A stretch of DNA of 61,609 nucleotides from Octopus bimaculoides (GCF_001194135.2 NC_068987.1:15763575-15825183); one strand, 5' to 3'; shown: positions 14,674 to 27,356, counted from the first letter of the stretch. The notes: a model not told the origin generated them from the letters alone. Numbers and translations are program-made.

Positions 14674-15814
14674 GATAGATAGATACACACGTATATGAAC
14701 GCGCACATACATTTATGTGTAAATAGAGAGAGAGGGATGGTGAGAAGATAAAAGGGAAGACAAAGAAAGAAATGAGTTAGAAAGAGATGAAAAGGGAAAA
14801 AGTATAGTGAAGAGGGGTGAGGAAAAAGAGAGAAAGAGCAAGAAGGCTTGCGTGTACCACTCCACCTCCCTCTGTTTCTTGTAGAGAAAGAGAGGGCATA
14901 GCGAGACAGAAAGAAAAAGAAGGAAGAGAGAAAGGAGAGGAAGGAAGAGATGGGGGGAAGAAGGAGAGGTAGGAAGAGATGGGGGGAAGAAGGAGAGGTA
15001 GGAAGAGATGGGGGAAGAAGGAAAGAAGGAGAGGAAGGGGGTGGGACGNNNNNNNNNNNNNNNNNNNNNNNNNNNNNNNNNNNNNNNNNNNNNNNNNNNN
15101 NNNNNNNNNNNNNNNNNNNNNNNNNNNNNNNNNNNNNNNNNNNNNNNNNNNNNNNNNNNNNNNNNNNNNNNNNNNNNNNNNNNNNNNNNNNNNNNNNNNN
15201 NNNNNNNNNNNNNNNNNNNNNNNNNNNNNNNNNNNNNNNNNNNNNNNNNNNNNNNNNNNNNNNNNNNNNNNNNNNNNNNNNNNNNNNNNNNNNNNNNNNN
15301 NNNNNNNNNNNNNNNNNNNNNNNNNNNNNNNNNNNNNNNNNNNNNNNNNNNNNNNNNNNNNNNNNNNNNNNNNNNNNNNNNNNNNNNNNNNNNNNNNNNN
15401 NNNNNNNNNNNNNNNNNNNNNNNNNNNNNNNNNNNNNNNNNNNNNNNNNNNNNNNNNNNNNNNNNNNNNNNNNNNNNNNNNNNNNNNNNNNNNNNNNNNN
15501 NNNNNNNNNNNNNNNNNNNNNNNNNNNNNNNNNNNNNNNNNNNNNNNNNNNNNNNNNNNNNNNNNNNNNNNNNNNNNNNNNNNNNNNNNNNNNNNNNNNN
15601 NNNNNNNNNNNNNNNNNNNNNNNNNNNNNNNNNNNNNNNNNNNNNNNNNNNNNNNNNNNNNNNACATTTTCCTTCATCAGCTACCCCCGTTTTAACACCG
15701 GCGTTTCGAAGAGTTATATATATATATATGTGTGTGTGTTTAAATGTGTATATGTATGTATATATATATATGTGTGTGTGTGTGTGAATGTGTGTTTAAA
15801 TGTGTATATGCATG

Positions 15815-15858
<44 letters not shown>

Positions 15859-15868
15859 AATGTATATG

Positions 15869-15899
<31 letters not shown>

Positions 15900-16338
15900 A
15901 TGTCTAAATGTGTGTGTGAGTATGAGAGCGATGAGGGGGAGGTTATGAAAGATTTTAAGTCCTTGCATGCCGGTAATGATTGAATGCGCTCCCATTAATA
16001 AATTTATTTGTATAAATTATTTTCTCATATGTCACATTTAAAATATAAATAAATTTTTCACTGAATAAAAATATAAACTAACGCAATTCTGTTTCAAAAG
16101 TACACTTTAACTTCCAAGGAATCGAGGATGCATTTCATTTATTATTTTGTTTTACTGTTGGGGATATTCACAGGGTAAATGAATAATGTAGTGCAGGGTG
16201 ATATTTGAATTATGTCATGGCTTGTTAGTTGGTTATATACTGACAGCTGGTTTAAAATATACGCACAAATGACAACATTCGTACGCAGAAATAATAGAGG
16301 AAACGGCAAACGAAAAATACTAAGTAAAAGCATATACA

Positions 16339-16373
<35 letters not shown>

Positions 16374-16632
16374 GTATATACATACATGCATGCATGCACA
16401 TAGTCATCGGCTGAAAAAGTTATAAAAGTGACTCAAGGGCCGAGAGTTTCGTGAATAGTACCTCTGTAAGTTAAGTTCAGAAAGAAAAAAAAATTTCGAC
16501 AAAATACATCGAATGGACTTACTTATTGTGAAGACGTTGCGATAGAATACGATACAAAAAGGCAAGTGCAAATCCTGAAGCTGTAATGACAGCCGACGAG
16601 CGCGGCGTCAACTTACTTGCAATTGGGGCCAT
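2614..16632 (-). CDS. ABCD3: ATP-binding cassette subfamily D member 3 (PMP70), 5' part, exons 1-4; gene continues beyond position 1
   Basis: join(16632-16523,4740-4707,4129-4083,2665-2614) = MAPIASKLTPRSSAVITASGFALAFLYRILSQRLHNKKNEEIEVVIPQKDEKKEKPAVDQIFLARLIKILKIMIPGWLSIE. This matches the PMP70 N-terminus as I recall it (human KKERAVVDKVFFSRLIQILKIMVPRTFCKE). GT-AG introns, consistent phases. Confidence 0.88.
4083..4129 (-). CDS. ABCD3: ABCD3 exon 3 (KDEKKEKPAVDQIFL-A)
   Basis: 47 nt, tag/GTAAGT. Confidence 0.88.
4707..4740 (-). CDS. ABCD3: ABCD3 exon 2 (KNEEIEVVIPQ)
   Basis: 34 nt, T-rich cag acceptor, GTAAGA donor, phase 2 to 0. Confidence 0.85.
4851..5104. mobile_element. Degenerate hAT-like MITE
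   Basis: Ends CAGGACTCTCAAC / GCTGAGAACCACTC resemble CAGGGGTTCTCAAC-type TIRs, with repeated GGGGTCC subterminal motifs. Confidence 0.4.
5131..5352 (+). mobile_element. tRNA-derived SINE family B
   Basis: GCGGCGAGCTGGCAGAAACGTTAGC A-box head, GAGTTCAAATTCC B-box. Confidence 0.85.
5825..6206 (-). mobile_element. tRNA-derived SINE family A (near full-length)
   Basis: TGTGGTAAGTAGCTTGC head, GGTTCCAGGTTCAGTCCC B-box, TTGGGCA(A/T)GTGTCTTC core-like segment, internal microsatellite. Confidence 0.85.
9530..9810 (-). mobile_element. Degenerate RTE reverse-transcriptase fragment
   Basis: Frameshifted remnants of LAFVxxxKA..RVP and RKLGVDEWLVR. Confidence 0.5.
10053..10438 (+). mobile_element. tRNA-derived SINE family C
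   Basis: GGAGGCGCAATGGCCCAGTGGTTAGG head, GTTTCGATTCC B-box, A-rich tail; 5' part recurs inverted at 18775-19077 and 3' part inverted at about 3415-3580. Confidence 0.8.
10777..11053 (+). mobile_element. SINE family A copy, cut by a gap
   Basis: Closely similar to 5825-6206 (reverse complement) and 19237-19712. Confidence 0.85.
12030..12535 (+). mobile_element. GC-richer degenerate remnant, possibly Ty3/Gypsy gag
   Basis: Interrupted frames (MLGLPPQEVK..., QLVEADRIHS) loosely resemble Gypsy gag; weak. Confidence 0.3.
14720..15048 (+). repeat. Polypurine tract with a 29-bp tandem repeat
   Basis: GGAAGAGATGGGGGGAAGAAGGAGAGGTA at 14943 and 14972, partial at 15001; ends in a gap. Confidence 0.9.
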
Positions 16633-16960
16633 GACAGCACGGCGGTGTAGACTGAACAGTTGAAGCTCCTGTCAGATTTTCCGTCGGCAGGTGAAATGTT
16701 TTTACTTTTTTGTTTTCGCTTTTTTTTGTTTTGATTTTTTGTTCCTTCCTTCCTGGCGAGAGAAAAGGAATTTACAATGATAATCAACACTGCTGAGAGA
16801 TAAATGTTCCGTATATTTATACATGCACAAAATAAGATTTTTGGTTTAACAAAGAAGACTACGTAATCCTCTGACTAACTAGAAATAACGACCAAATCTC
16901 ACTGTGCAGTCATAGAGTTTCATCCGGGTTCGATCCCGCTATATACCAATTTGGACAACT
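16400..16960 (-). promoter_or_regulatory. Probable ABCD3 promoter / 5' UTR region
   Basis: CpG-retaining stretch around the first coding exon in an otherwise CpG-poor context; transcription start not identifiable. Confidence 0.45.
16523..16632 (-). CDS. ABCD3: ABCD3 coding exon 1
   Basis: ATG 16632-16630, 110 nt, donor A|GTAAGT, phase 2, hydrophobic stretch then basic residues as in PMP70. Confidence 0.85.
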
Positions 16961-17029
16961 GTCTGTTAACCAATGTCATCTAAGGGAATTTTGGTAAACA
17001 GAAACTGGACAAGGGTCTCACACACACAG

Positions 17030-17092
<63 letters not shown>

Positions 17093-17651
17093 NNNNNNNN
17101 NNNNNNNNNNNNNNNNNNNNNNNNNNNNNNNNNNNNNNNNNNNNNNNNNNNNNNNNNNNNNNNNNNNNNNNNNNNNNNNNNNNNNNNNNNNNNNNNNNNN
17201 NNNNNNNNNNNNNNNNNNNNNNNNNNNNNNNNNNNNNNNNNNNNNNNNNNNNNNNNNNNNNNNNNNNNNNNNNNNNNNNNNNNNNNNNNNNNNNNNNNNN
17301 NNNNNNNNNNNNNNNNNNNNNNNNNNNNNNNNNNNNNNNNNNNNNNNNNNNNNNNNNNNNNNNNNNNNNNNNNNNNNNNNNNNNNNNNNNNNNNNNNNNN
17401 NNNNNNNNNNNNNNNNNNNNNNNNNNNNNNNNNNNNNNNNNNNNNNNNNNNNNNNNNNNNNNNNNNNNNNNNNNNNNNNNNNNNNNNNNNNNNNNNNNNN
17501 NNNNNNNNNNNNNNNNNNNNNNNNNNNNNNNNNNNNNNNNNNNNNNNNNNNNNNNNNNNNNNNNNNNNNNNNNNNNNNNNNNNNNNNNNNNNNNNNNNNN
17601 NNNNNNNNNNNNNNNNNNNNNNNNNNNNNNNNNNNNNNNNNNNNNNNNNNN

Positions 17652-17692
<41 letters not shown>

Positions 17693-19236
17693 CTATATAT
17701 TATGTAGATAGGGTTTAATTCCAAGCTGTATCCTCTTAAAGCACATCTGCTTATTCCAGTATTCCAAATATATTTGTGTGAGGCATGCATAACTGTTGAA
17801 ATTCAGGGAAATACTTTTTACAAAGTAACTATTTATCAAAACGGGATTAGAAATATTTTTGCTATTATTCATTCACCATTACACATGTTTCTTTTGCTAA
17901 TAGGAGTTATAAAGTTGTACATGCAGGAGAAACATGTAAGATATCTCCAATTAGAAATTCTTCAGACAAAAAATTTAAATAATATTTAATTCTCTGTATT
18001 TGACCAATAAGGATGAATGGAGGGTAAATTAAATAATATCATATATAAATTCTTTATTTATTGAAATTGTTTCCAATTCAAGAGATGGTAAACCAAATGC
18101 TTGGTGGCAATTGATACAACTCTAGCAGAAGAGAGATCATCTCATGAATCAATAATTCTCCAAAAATTGATGTATCATTAATGAAGAAACAGTCTGACAG
18201 AAGACAAGTGGACAGCTGTGGACATATGTTTCTACTTCAGTATACATCATCAGCACAGCAGTCATCTTGCCTTATCTTCAGCAGACAAGACACTTAGCCC
18301 TTTTACATTTAATCCAGCCATATCCAGCTTTATGGTCAAACTGGCCAGATTTGGCTTTTCACACATACCCTACAATGTCATTCTAAAATAAATAATTACA
18401 TCATTGAAATCACAAAGCTATGAGATAAGGTGTGGTTAATTTAGAATAATCCTTTCTACTAAAGGCACAAGGCCTGATATTTTGGGGGAAGGGCTAGTCG
18501 AATATATCAACCTCAATATGCAACTGGTACTTATTTCATCAACCCTGAAAAGATAAAAGGCAAAGTTGACCTTGGCAGAATTTGAACTCAGAATGTAAAG
18601 GCAAACGAAATGCCACTAAGCATTTTGTCCAGCAAGCTAACGATTCTGCCACTTTTTGATTAATTATAAATAATGATTTCAAATTTTGGCTCAAGACCAG
18701 CAGTTTGGGGGCAGGGGGTTAAATCGATTACATTGACCCAATGTTCAACTGGTACTTATTTTTATTTTTATTTATGTGCCCTTTTAAAGCTTAGCCAGGC
18801 TCATGGGCCCGGTTTCCTGGTTTTTATGGCATATATGTTCCCCGCCAGCTGGACGAAACGCCAGTCCATCACAGCTTTACTCAAGAAACAGGAAGAAAGA
18901 GTGAGAGAAAGTTGGGGCGAAAGAGTACAACAGGGGTCGCCACTACCCCCTGCCAGAGCCTTGGGGAGCTTTAGGTGTTTTCGCTCAATAAACACACACA
19001 ATGCCTGATCTGGGAATCAAAACCACGATCCTCCGACTACGAGTCTGCTGCCCTAACCACTGGGCCATTGCGCCTCCACAGTACTTATTTTATTGACCTC
19101 AAAAGGATGAAAGGCAAAGATGACCTTGGTGGAATTAGAACTCAGAATGTAAAGATGGATGAAATACCACCAGGTATTTTGCCTGCCATGCTAACAATTA
19201 TGTCAGCTCGCCATCTTTTGATTAATTTAAAACAAT

Positions 19237-19712
19237 GCAGTGGCTGTGTGGTAAGTAGCTTGCTTACTAACCACATGGTTCCGGGTTCATTCCCACTGCA
19301 TGGCACCTTGGGCAAGTGTCTTCTACTATAGTCTCGGGCCGACCAAAGCCTTGTGAGTGGATTTGGTACACGGAAACTGAAAGAAGCCCGTCGCATATAT
19401 GTATATATATATGTATGTGTGTATGTGTTTGTGTGTCTGTGTTTGTCCCCCCCCCCCNNNNNNNNNNNNNNNNNNNNNNNNNNNNNNNNNNNNNNNNNNN
19501 NNNNNNNNNNNNNNNNNNNNNNNNNAACATCGCTTGACAACCGATGCTGGTGTGTTTACGTCCCCGTAACTTAGCGGTTCGGCAAAAGAGATCGATAGAA
19601 TAAGTACTAGGCTTCCAAAGAATAAGTCCTGGGGTCGATTTACTCAACTAAAAAGGCGGTGCTTCAGCATGGCCGCAGTCAAATGACTGAAACAAGTAAA
19701 AGAGTAAAGAGT
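19237..19712 (+). mobile_element. SINE family A copy
   Basis: As above; older copies near 6840-7020, 7540-7720, 34730-35125, 36770-36955, 40870-41230, 43140-43430, 46430-46640 and 57380-57510. Confidence 0.85.
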
Positions 19713-20431
19713 AGGCATCATAGTTGGCAGAGTAATCTGAATGGTAAAAGGTTAAACATATACAAAAAAAGAGAATTGTGCAATTGAAAGTTAAGTGTCA
19801 TTGTCAGTAATATTGTTGTGCAGGGGTTTCTAGATGTTGCTGAACCCCAGATCAAACATCATTGAACAGTCTTACGATCAAATGAATTCCAGTCATGGCT
19901 ATCCCATCTTTCTTCAAGGCATTGCTTATCTCAGTCTACATTTTCAAATGTGTCCCACCTCTTTTTTCAAAACAGTAGCATGTAATTTAAAGGCAATTTG
20001 CCTGCTGTTGTTAATCAGTTGGTCTATCAAGTAGAACATCTTTTTCTTCATTAACAATGCTTGAAAGTAAGCCATTGACAAATGAAACATTATCTATGTT
20101 GACTGCAGCAAATTATAGAAACATGTTATAGAAAACTAGCATTGTCATTAAGCAGAAATTTAGTCACACTCTAGTAAGCTTTGAGATTCATTCCCACTGA
20201 AGTTGATTAACCATTCAATACTTCCTAAAGCAATGAATTAAATAGCAGTCATGTGTTGTAGTCAACTTGATCTACTATTCAACTCATAAATGTTTAAGAG
20301 GAACATTAACCACATCATTTTTACTGTTCTTGGAGAGCCACTAAAAGCCATGGGCACAGCATTTTCCCTCTTGATCTAAATCAGGAAAAAATAACTTTAA
20401 AAAAAAAATCATCATCATCATCATCATCATC

Positions 20432-20555
20432 ACCCTTAAAGGCTTGAGACAATTTGTTCGACTAAAACCCTTAAAGGCTGGAGCCAGTTGGTTCAACTAA
20501 AACCCTTAAAGGCTGGAGTCAATTTGTTCAACTGAAGTGCTTAAAGGCTGGAGTC
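20432..20555 (+). repeat. 35-bp tandem repeat, about 3.5 units
   Basis: ACCCTTAAAGGCT(T/G)GAG.CA.TT.GTTC.ACTAAA units at 20432, 20467 and 20502; resembles a segment of the SINE A 3' part. Confidence 0.85.
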
Positions 20556-21654
20556 ATAGCTGGCTGCAGTCTAATGACTGAGACATTTAAAAGGTATGAT
20601 ACCTTTATTCCTTTTCTGTCACATATCTGGGACCCTGTAATAACTCTACATCCAGGGTCACATAAACATCTCTCCATCATGATGTTATTGGGAGAATTTG
20701 TGAATCTTGTGATTATCTTTCCTTCTTATTTGGAATTGGTACTAATTGCTATCAAGCATTTGTTTTACATCTTGAAATGAAGACAATTTCAATAAATCAA
20801 GAATTTGTCTTGTAGGGTATTTAATATATCTTTATTAATATTTGTTACTTAAATACATGCCACCCTGCATTAGTTCTTTTAACTCATTTTTGTTTAACCT
20901 TTTAGTATTTAAACTGACCAGGTGCAGCCTCTCACACCCACCCTAGAATTTTATTCTAAAAATAAACACTCACATTATCATAAACCCAAGTCTATGAGTT
21001 ATCATCATATGCATAATTAATCCAAAACATGAATAAATAAGTGTTACATTTGACAGGACAACCTGAATGTTATGTAAGGTAAGGTAAAATTACCTTCTTG
21101 AGTTATGCTGACTCATAAGGGATGGTTTCCTGGTTTCCATGGCATATAAATTTCCCACCTGGATGGGATGCTGGCCCGTTGCAGAATTACTCATTTTTGC
21201 CAACTGAGTGGACTGGAGCAATATGAAATGAAGTATTTTGCTCAAGAACACAATACATCATCCAGTCCAGGAATTGAAACCACAATCTTATGATCATGAG
21301 TCCTAATAATTTAAACATTATTAAGCTTACAAATTTATGAATGCCATCAAAATAATAAACTGGAAACAACAAACTGTTATATTTTAATCTTTTTCATTTC
21401 ATCATGGCAATAAAACTAAGATGTAAATTAATTACCACATTCCATATATTCCTTTGCACATTGCTACACAAACTACCATTGCTCATTAAGTTTGTGTTAA
21501 TAAAAATACAGTGCCGGTAGTGTCAAAAGGTTAACTATAATGTACCATCACAATTGCTTGTCTTTCTGTCTGTCATGTGAACCAGTCAAGTGTTCTGGTG
21601 CCCAAGCAGCTATATTTTTGTTAACAATTTTTTTTACTGCTATTATCTTCTACT

Positions 21655-21940
21655 TAATAATTTTAATGAAAATGTCAAACAGTTTACATTGCTTTTCAGT
21701 GGAGACCTTATAAAATATTTCTTACTCATGACAAAGGATTTTAATATTATTATTATTTTAATGCAGTATTAATTATAAATAGCTGTGAATTATTTTAGTA
21801 ATTTTGATGAAATGTCAAGCAGTTTAAATTGTTTTTGGTCGAGACGATATGAAATATTTCTCATACATGACAAAAAGACTTAAATATAATTTTAAAAAGT
21901 ATTATTACTTATAAACAACTGTGAATTACTTTTTAGTATA
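21655..21940 (+). repeat. Diverged tandem duplication, unit about 140 bp
   Basis: AAATGTCAA.CAGTTTA.ATTG...GAGAC...AAATATTTC...CATGACAAA...CTGTGAATTA occurs twice. Confidence 0.75.
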
Positions 21941-22097
21941 ACAACCCAAATTTTGACCTGGTCTTATGCAAATAACTTACGAAGACATCACATATTGACC
22001 GATTATTTACATCTTATATAACCATACCTTTGTGCTATCTGGTTTTATTTATGTCATGGGTTTCAGCGTGACTTGATACTTTTCGTTATATGAAAAG

Positions 22098-22128
<31 letters not shown>

Positions 22129-23030
22129 TACACTTCAAAGATAAGGTTTCTAACACAAAGCTTTTAACTATTGAAGCAACCGCTGCTACAGGTATTTGAA
22201 TAGAAATGACCTTCAAAGACAGACATAAGCATGTTTCTTTTCATTCTTTTTTCCCTTATAACCAGCTTATTACTTTATAGAGATAAGCCCACCTAGGCAA
22301 GTCACAAGTAAACCTTTCATTGTAATCAAACTAGTTTGGTGAGGTGAACCAGACATTTATTAATGAAAAGTTTGTTGAGTTCTGTTCAGATGAAAAGAAT
22401 TGTATTAATGTTGAGTGTCTGTCATGTCAAAGATATATATTTTGGGTATTTTAAGAGTACACAGAGAACTGTAAATAAGTCTATAAAATGTTGCATCACT
22501 AAGATTTTAACCTGCTTTTATTAATGAAATTTACTTTTTTTATTTGAAATTACTTTGAACTTTATTGTAATAGGTAACTCTATGGAATCACAGACATTAA
22601 TGAATGTCACACATTCTTCTAGTCTGATGACATGTGTGTATATGTTTGTGTGTGTGTGTTCGTATGTGTATGTTATACATACATACATATATATATACTA
22701 TCACATTTTTTTACTCACTTCCTCTGTAAAATTTTGAATTTTTCTAACTTTCTAAGATTATTTTCATCGCAGACTTCTATTGTATTTTATCTTTTACTTG
22801 TTTCAGACATTGGACTACAGTCATCTTGGAGCACCACCTTGAAGGGTTTAGTTGAACAAATCAACTCCAGAACCTGCTTTTTAAGCCTGGTATTTAATCT
22901 AGCAGTTTCTTTTACCAAGCCTCTAAGTTATGGGGGACATAAACACACCAAATCAGGTTGTCAAGGTGCTGTTGGGTAAAAACAAAAAAAAACACACACA
23001 TGTATGTAGGTATACACACGTCTATATATA

Positions 23031-23315
23031 TCATCATCATCATCGTTTAACGTCCGCTTTCCATGCTAGCATGGATTGGACAGTTTGGCTGAGGACTGGT
23101 GAACCAGATGGATACACCAGGCTCCAATCTGATTTGGCAGAGTTTCTACAGCTGGATGCCCTTCCTAACACCAACCACTCCGAGAGTGTAGTGGGTACTT
23201 TTACGTGCCACCAGCACGAAGGCCAGTCATGCAGTACTGGCAACGGCCACGCTCAAAATGGTGTATTTTACGTGCCACCTGCACAGGAGCCAGTCCAGTG
23301 GCACTGGCAACGACC
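23031..23315 (-). mobile_element. RTE 3' UTR copy
   Basis: Reverse complement of the (GAT)n-tailed family. Confidence 0.85.
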
Positions 23316-25880
23316 TCCAGATTTTGACTCAAATATGGTCTTAACAATTGAAGAAAGTGTATTTCTTATTGAACACATATTTCGAGAAGGTGGTAGATAC
23401 ATAGACATTGCTTACAAAATCATTTATAATTTTCATTCATATACTTTCCTTGTATTCTATATTACAACACGTACATTAATAAAAAATATACATGCACAGT
23501 GACTTTCTGAACACCCTTTACTACTACTTGGTCAAACAAACTGATGAAGTCTCTAGGTGGAGTTGTTAGACCTGCTAGAAATAGCAGCAAAACCTCCCTT
23601 GAATCATACACAATGGTCTTAGAGAAAGAACACAGATAATATTGTCCTACATACCCTTAAAAAGGCAGGCTGGTCATGACTGGAATGGCTTTCATTGTTT
23701 TTTTTTTTTTTCTCATGTCAGTGTTGACTTGGGACCAAACCAATAAACTTCAGGATCATACAGTTAGAAGCTGACAGAGAATCCAACTATAAAAACCATT
23801 GCTCCAGTAGCATGGAAATATCCCAAGTTCTAAAAACCCATCTATCATCATTATTTTTATTTAATATCCACATTCCATGCTGGCGTGAGTTGAATGGTTT
23901 GATATGATCCGATGGGTTCAAGGACTGCATTGTGCTTTGGTATGATTTCTAGAGATGAATGACCTTCCTAATGCCAACCACTTTACAGCATGTGCTGGGG
24001 TACTTTTTTTAATGTCACTAGTTTTAGGGAAGTCACCATGCAGCTTACAAGACGACAAACCCAAAGGAGGCAGCTTTATGCTGTGAGATAAGGGGTTAAA
24101 GTATGAGACAGGGGGCCAGATTAGAACAGGTTTTTTACTGTAAAGTGCAACATGGTTATCCACATTCTAGAAGTGTGAGAGCGATCAGGTGGAGTGGGAA
24201 AGAGAGTCTAGCCATGTCAGTACATTCCTTTCTACTCAAGGTACAAGGCTTGAAACTTTAGGGGAGGATGCTAGTTGATTACAATTGACCTCAGGGCTCA
24301 GCTGGTATTTATTTTATTGACTCCCAAGTGGATAAAAGGTAAAGTCAACCATGACAGAATTTGAAATCAGAACATAAAGACAAAATACTTAGTAGCATTT
24401 TGTCTGACACAGTAACAATTCTACCAGCTCACTGCCACCCATGTCAGTATATTAAAAGCCAATGTAAATGTATATTAAATGTGGATGAGCAATTCTGATA
24501 CAAAAATGAGATAAAACAAATAAAATAAATTGTAATTAAAAATATTTATTCCAAATAAAAAATATATATTTATCTAAAAGACAAAGCACCATAAACAAAT
24601 TATTATTTTTATATCTTTTTTAATTGTAATATCAAAATACAAAGTAGGGATATATTTTTAAAATACTGTTTCAACCCTTTTGATGCCAACCTGCTTGGAA
24701 CAACCCTGTTAATCTGATACAAAACTTTTTTATAGGTTGATTTAAATGTTCAAATACCAGTTTAATAGTGACTAAGTGTTTTTACAAAATTCATTATTTT
24801 TCTAAATTTAATTGAAACAAATGCAGTGTATTTCACCAGAAATATGGTAACAGAATGGTTATTAATAAAAGGCACTGGAAATTCCGTATAAGTTTCCCCA
24901 CAACTGTGTGTGCATTATTACATTTGGGGAGTGGGGAGGGGGGGGATAAACTACCCAGAATATCAACTCCAGTTCAGTATCTGTTGCTGTTGTTGTTATT
25001 ATTATTATTATTATTACTAATATATTTCTTCTCAGAGCTCTTGATTTTACTTGCTCCAGCTAATTCTCTAAGAGCAGACAGCAACCTGTTGTCAAAGGTC
25101 TCACAGGGTCTCCTTCTACAATACTTAACACCCAAGTACCTATTCTTCTTCTTCTTATTATTATTATTATATAATTAAAACTTCATATATTTGAAAAATA
25201 TTTAAACATTTGGAATAGTAATGTCAATGAATGGCATGCATATGTTTACAAAAATATTTAATAAAAATACGTGAAGACTGCTTCAGAATATACTCATCAA
25301 AACCACAAAATTTAATTGTTTTTAATTTAGGCAGAAGGTCAGCAATTTTCAGCTGAAGAAGTTAGCCAATTGCATAGACTCCAGTACTAGCCTGTCTCTT
25401 TTGTTTATTGCCCCCAGAGATGAAAGTCAAAGCTGATCATGATGAGGTTTTGAACTTGGACTGTAAAGAGGCAGAACAAACACTGCAAGACATTCTTCCC
25501 AATGCTTTAATGATTCTGCCAGTCCACTGCCCTTAAAATGGTGTCAAAATATTAAAAATTGAATACAGAAAATGAGAGGATAAAAAAACAAGAAAATGCA
25601 AACGACACAATTTTTACCCAATTAGCGGCCCTAATTACTCAGTAAATTATAATAAACACAAAAGACATTCCAAGGAAAATTTTGAAAAAAAAAAAAAAAA
25701 TATTTATCAGTATATTTTCATATTGTTATTGCTAACTTTTCCTGTGTATCTGCAACATACAAAGTTTAGATTTGCTTACAGATAAACAAAAACTATTTTG
25801 TTTTGTTTTTTAACATTTTTTCTTGTTTTTGAAGTGCATTCCAGGGAGAAAAAAACTGCTCCGCTTTGTATGGAAACATA

Positions 25881-25976
25881 TTACTGTTGAATCTTCAAAT
25901 AATGGTTCACCATGCTTTGGTAATGTTCCTGCTGTCCAGAGCTGACTGTTGGCTCACCATGTGACATGATGTATTC
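25881..25976 (-). CDS. xylA: xylose isomerase exon 15, terminal ([31 protein letters not shown])
   Basis: 96 nt, cag acceptor, GEP..SGxQE motif, TAA at 25883-25881. Confidence 0.93.
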   Translation of the reverse strand, partial: EYIMSHGEPTVSSGQQEHYQSMVNHYLKIQQ

Positions 25977-27299
25977 CTGAAGTAGAAAACAAAATATATA
26001 TATTAAACCTTCTTGGTGCTAACCTCCTCCAAACAACCCTTAGTTCGTCATTATTATGTAACATCTGTTGTCCATGCTGGCATGGGTTGGACAGTTTGAC
26101 CAGAGCTGGTAAGCTGGAAGGCTGCACAAGACTCCAGTCAGATTTGACATGGTATTTATGGCCGGATGCCCTTCCTAATGCCAACCCCTTTGAGAGTGTA
26201 ATGGGTTCTTTTACGTGCCACCAGCACCTCAGCCATTTCTGTGACACCGGTATCTGCCATGACTGCGATCTTGCTCGGCTTGATGGGTTTTCTTCTCAAG
26301 CACCAACAAAATGTCATTAGTTCTAAGTCATAAAACCGTCTGTTTTAAGATATTCAAATTGTCAGGTAATTTTTAAAAAATAAATTGTGATGGCACCTGT
26401 GCTCAGCGTCGCCTTCCTGGCACTTGTACCGGTGGCACGTGTAAAGACATTCGAGCGAGATCGTTGCCAGTGCCGCTGGACTGGCTCTTGTGCAGGTGGC
26501 ACATAAAATACACCATTTTGAGCGTGGCCGTTGCCAGTACCGCCTGACTGGCCTTCATGCCGGTGGCACGTAAAAAGCACCCACTACACTCTCGGAGTGG
26601 TTGATATTAAGAAGGGCATCCAGCCGTAGAAACTCTGCCAAATCAGATTTGAGCCTGGTGTAGCCATCTGGTTCACCAGTCCTCAGTCAAATCGTCCAAC
26701 CCATGCTAGTATGGAAAGCGGACGTTAAACGATGATGATGATGAAATCCTTTGTAAGATCCTACCGACATTTCACTCATTGTGAGAATGTATACCCAAAG
26801 CAATTTGTTATTTTCAGCAGTTTACAGACAAAGCTAAACCCATAAATATAGTGACAGACAAAATAAGAAAAAGAAAAGGAAAAACAGAAATAGACAACAC
26901 AAAAGGTCAGGTTGACTTTGAATTACAGTTCTCATGGTCAGATTATAAAGTGTAAAACAGAATTTTTTTTGTCTTTTTCTTTACTTCTGTATTTAGATTA
27001 TAATCGTATTTTGCCTGTCATTATATCCATGGGTTTAGTTTTGCTTGTAAACTGCTGGAAATATTACATTGCTTTGAGTATGCATTCTCCCAATGAGATT
27101 TCAGAGTTAACTTCGTTACCCACCATCCCCACCTTTCCGTCAGTCACTTGCAGACAACTAGTTTGTCATCAATACTTTATGATATACATACATACATATA
27201 CACATACATGCATACATACATACAGAAACATATAGCTACATACATACATTAGATACATGCATACATAGATACATTAGATACATACACACACACACACAC

Positions 27300-27356
<57 letters not shown>

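Noticed and set aside
16617-16632. A 16-nt ABCD3 first coding exon ending at the internal GTAAGT
   Set aside because: It frameshifts exons 2-4; only the 110-nt exon restores the PMP70 frame. Kept only as a possible alternative donor.
19458-19525. Possible insertion inside a SINE
   Set aside because: The flanks join seamlessly as in the 10777 copy (GTCCCCC-AACATCGC), so the gap probably hides only a C-run.
23543-23590. CTGATGA...GAAA hammerhead candidate
   Set aside because: The GAAA is the loop of a GCTA/TAGC hairpin and does not follow stem II; no stem III or NUH geometry.
24545-24550. xylA polyadenylation signal (AATAAA on the minus strand)
   Set aside because: Plausible, but AATAAA is common in such AT-rich DNA; it needs 3'-end reads.
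17000-25000. A third gene between ABCD3 and xylA, or in 52.8-61.6 kb
   Set aside because: No chain of phase-compatible exons with a recognisable product was found by eye; small or non-coding exons cannot be excluded.
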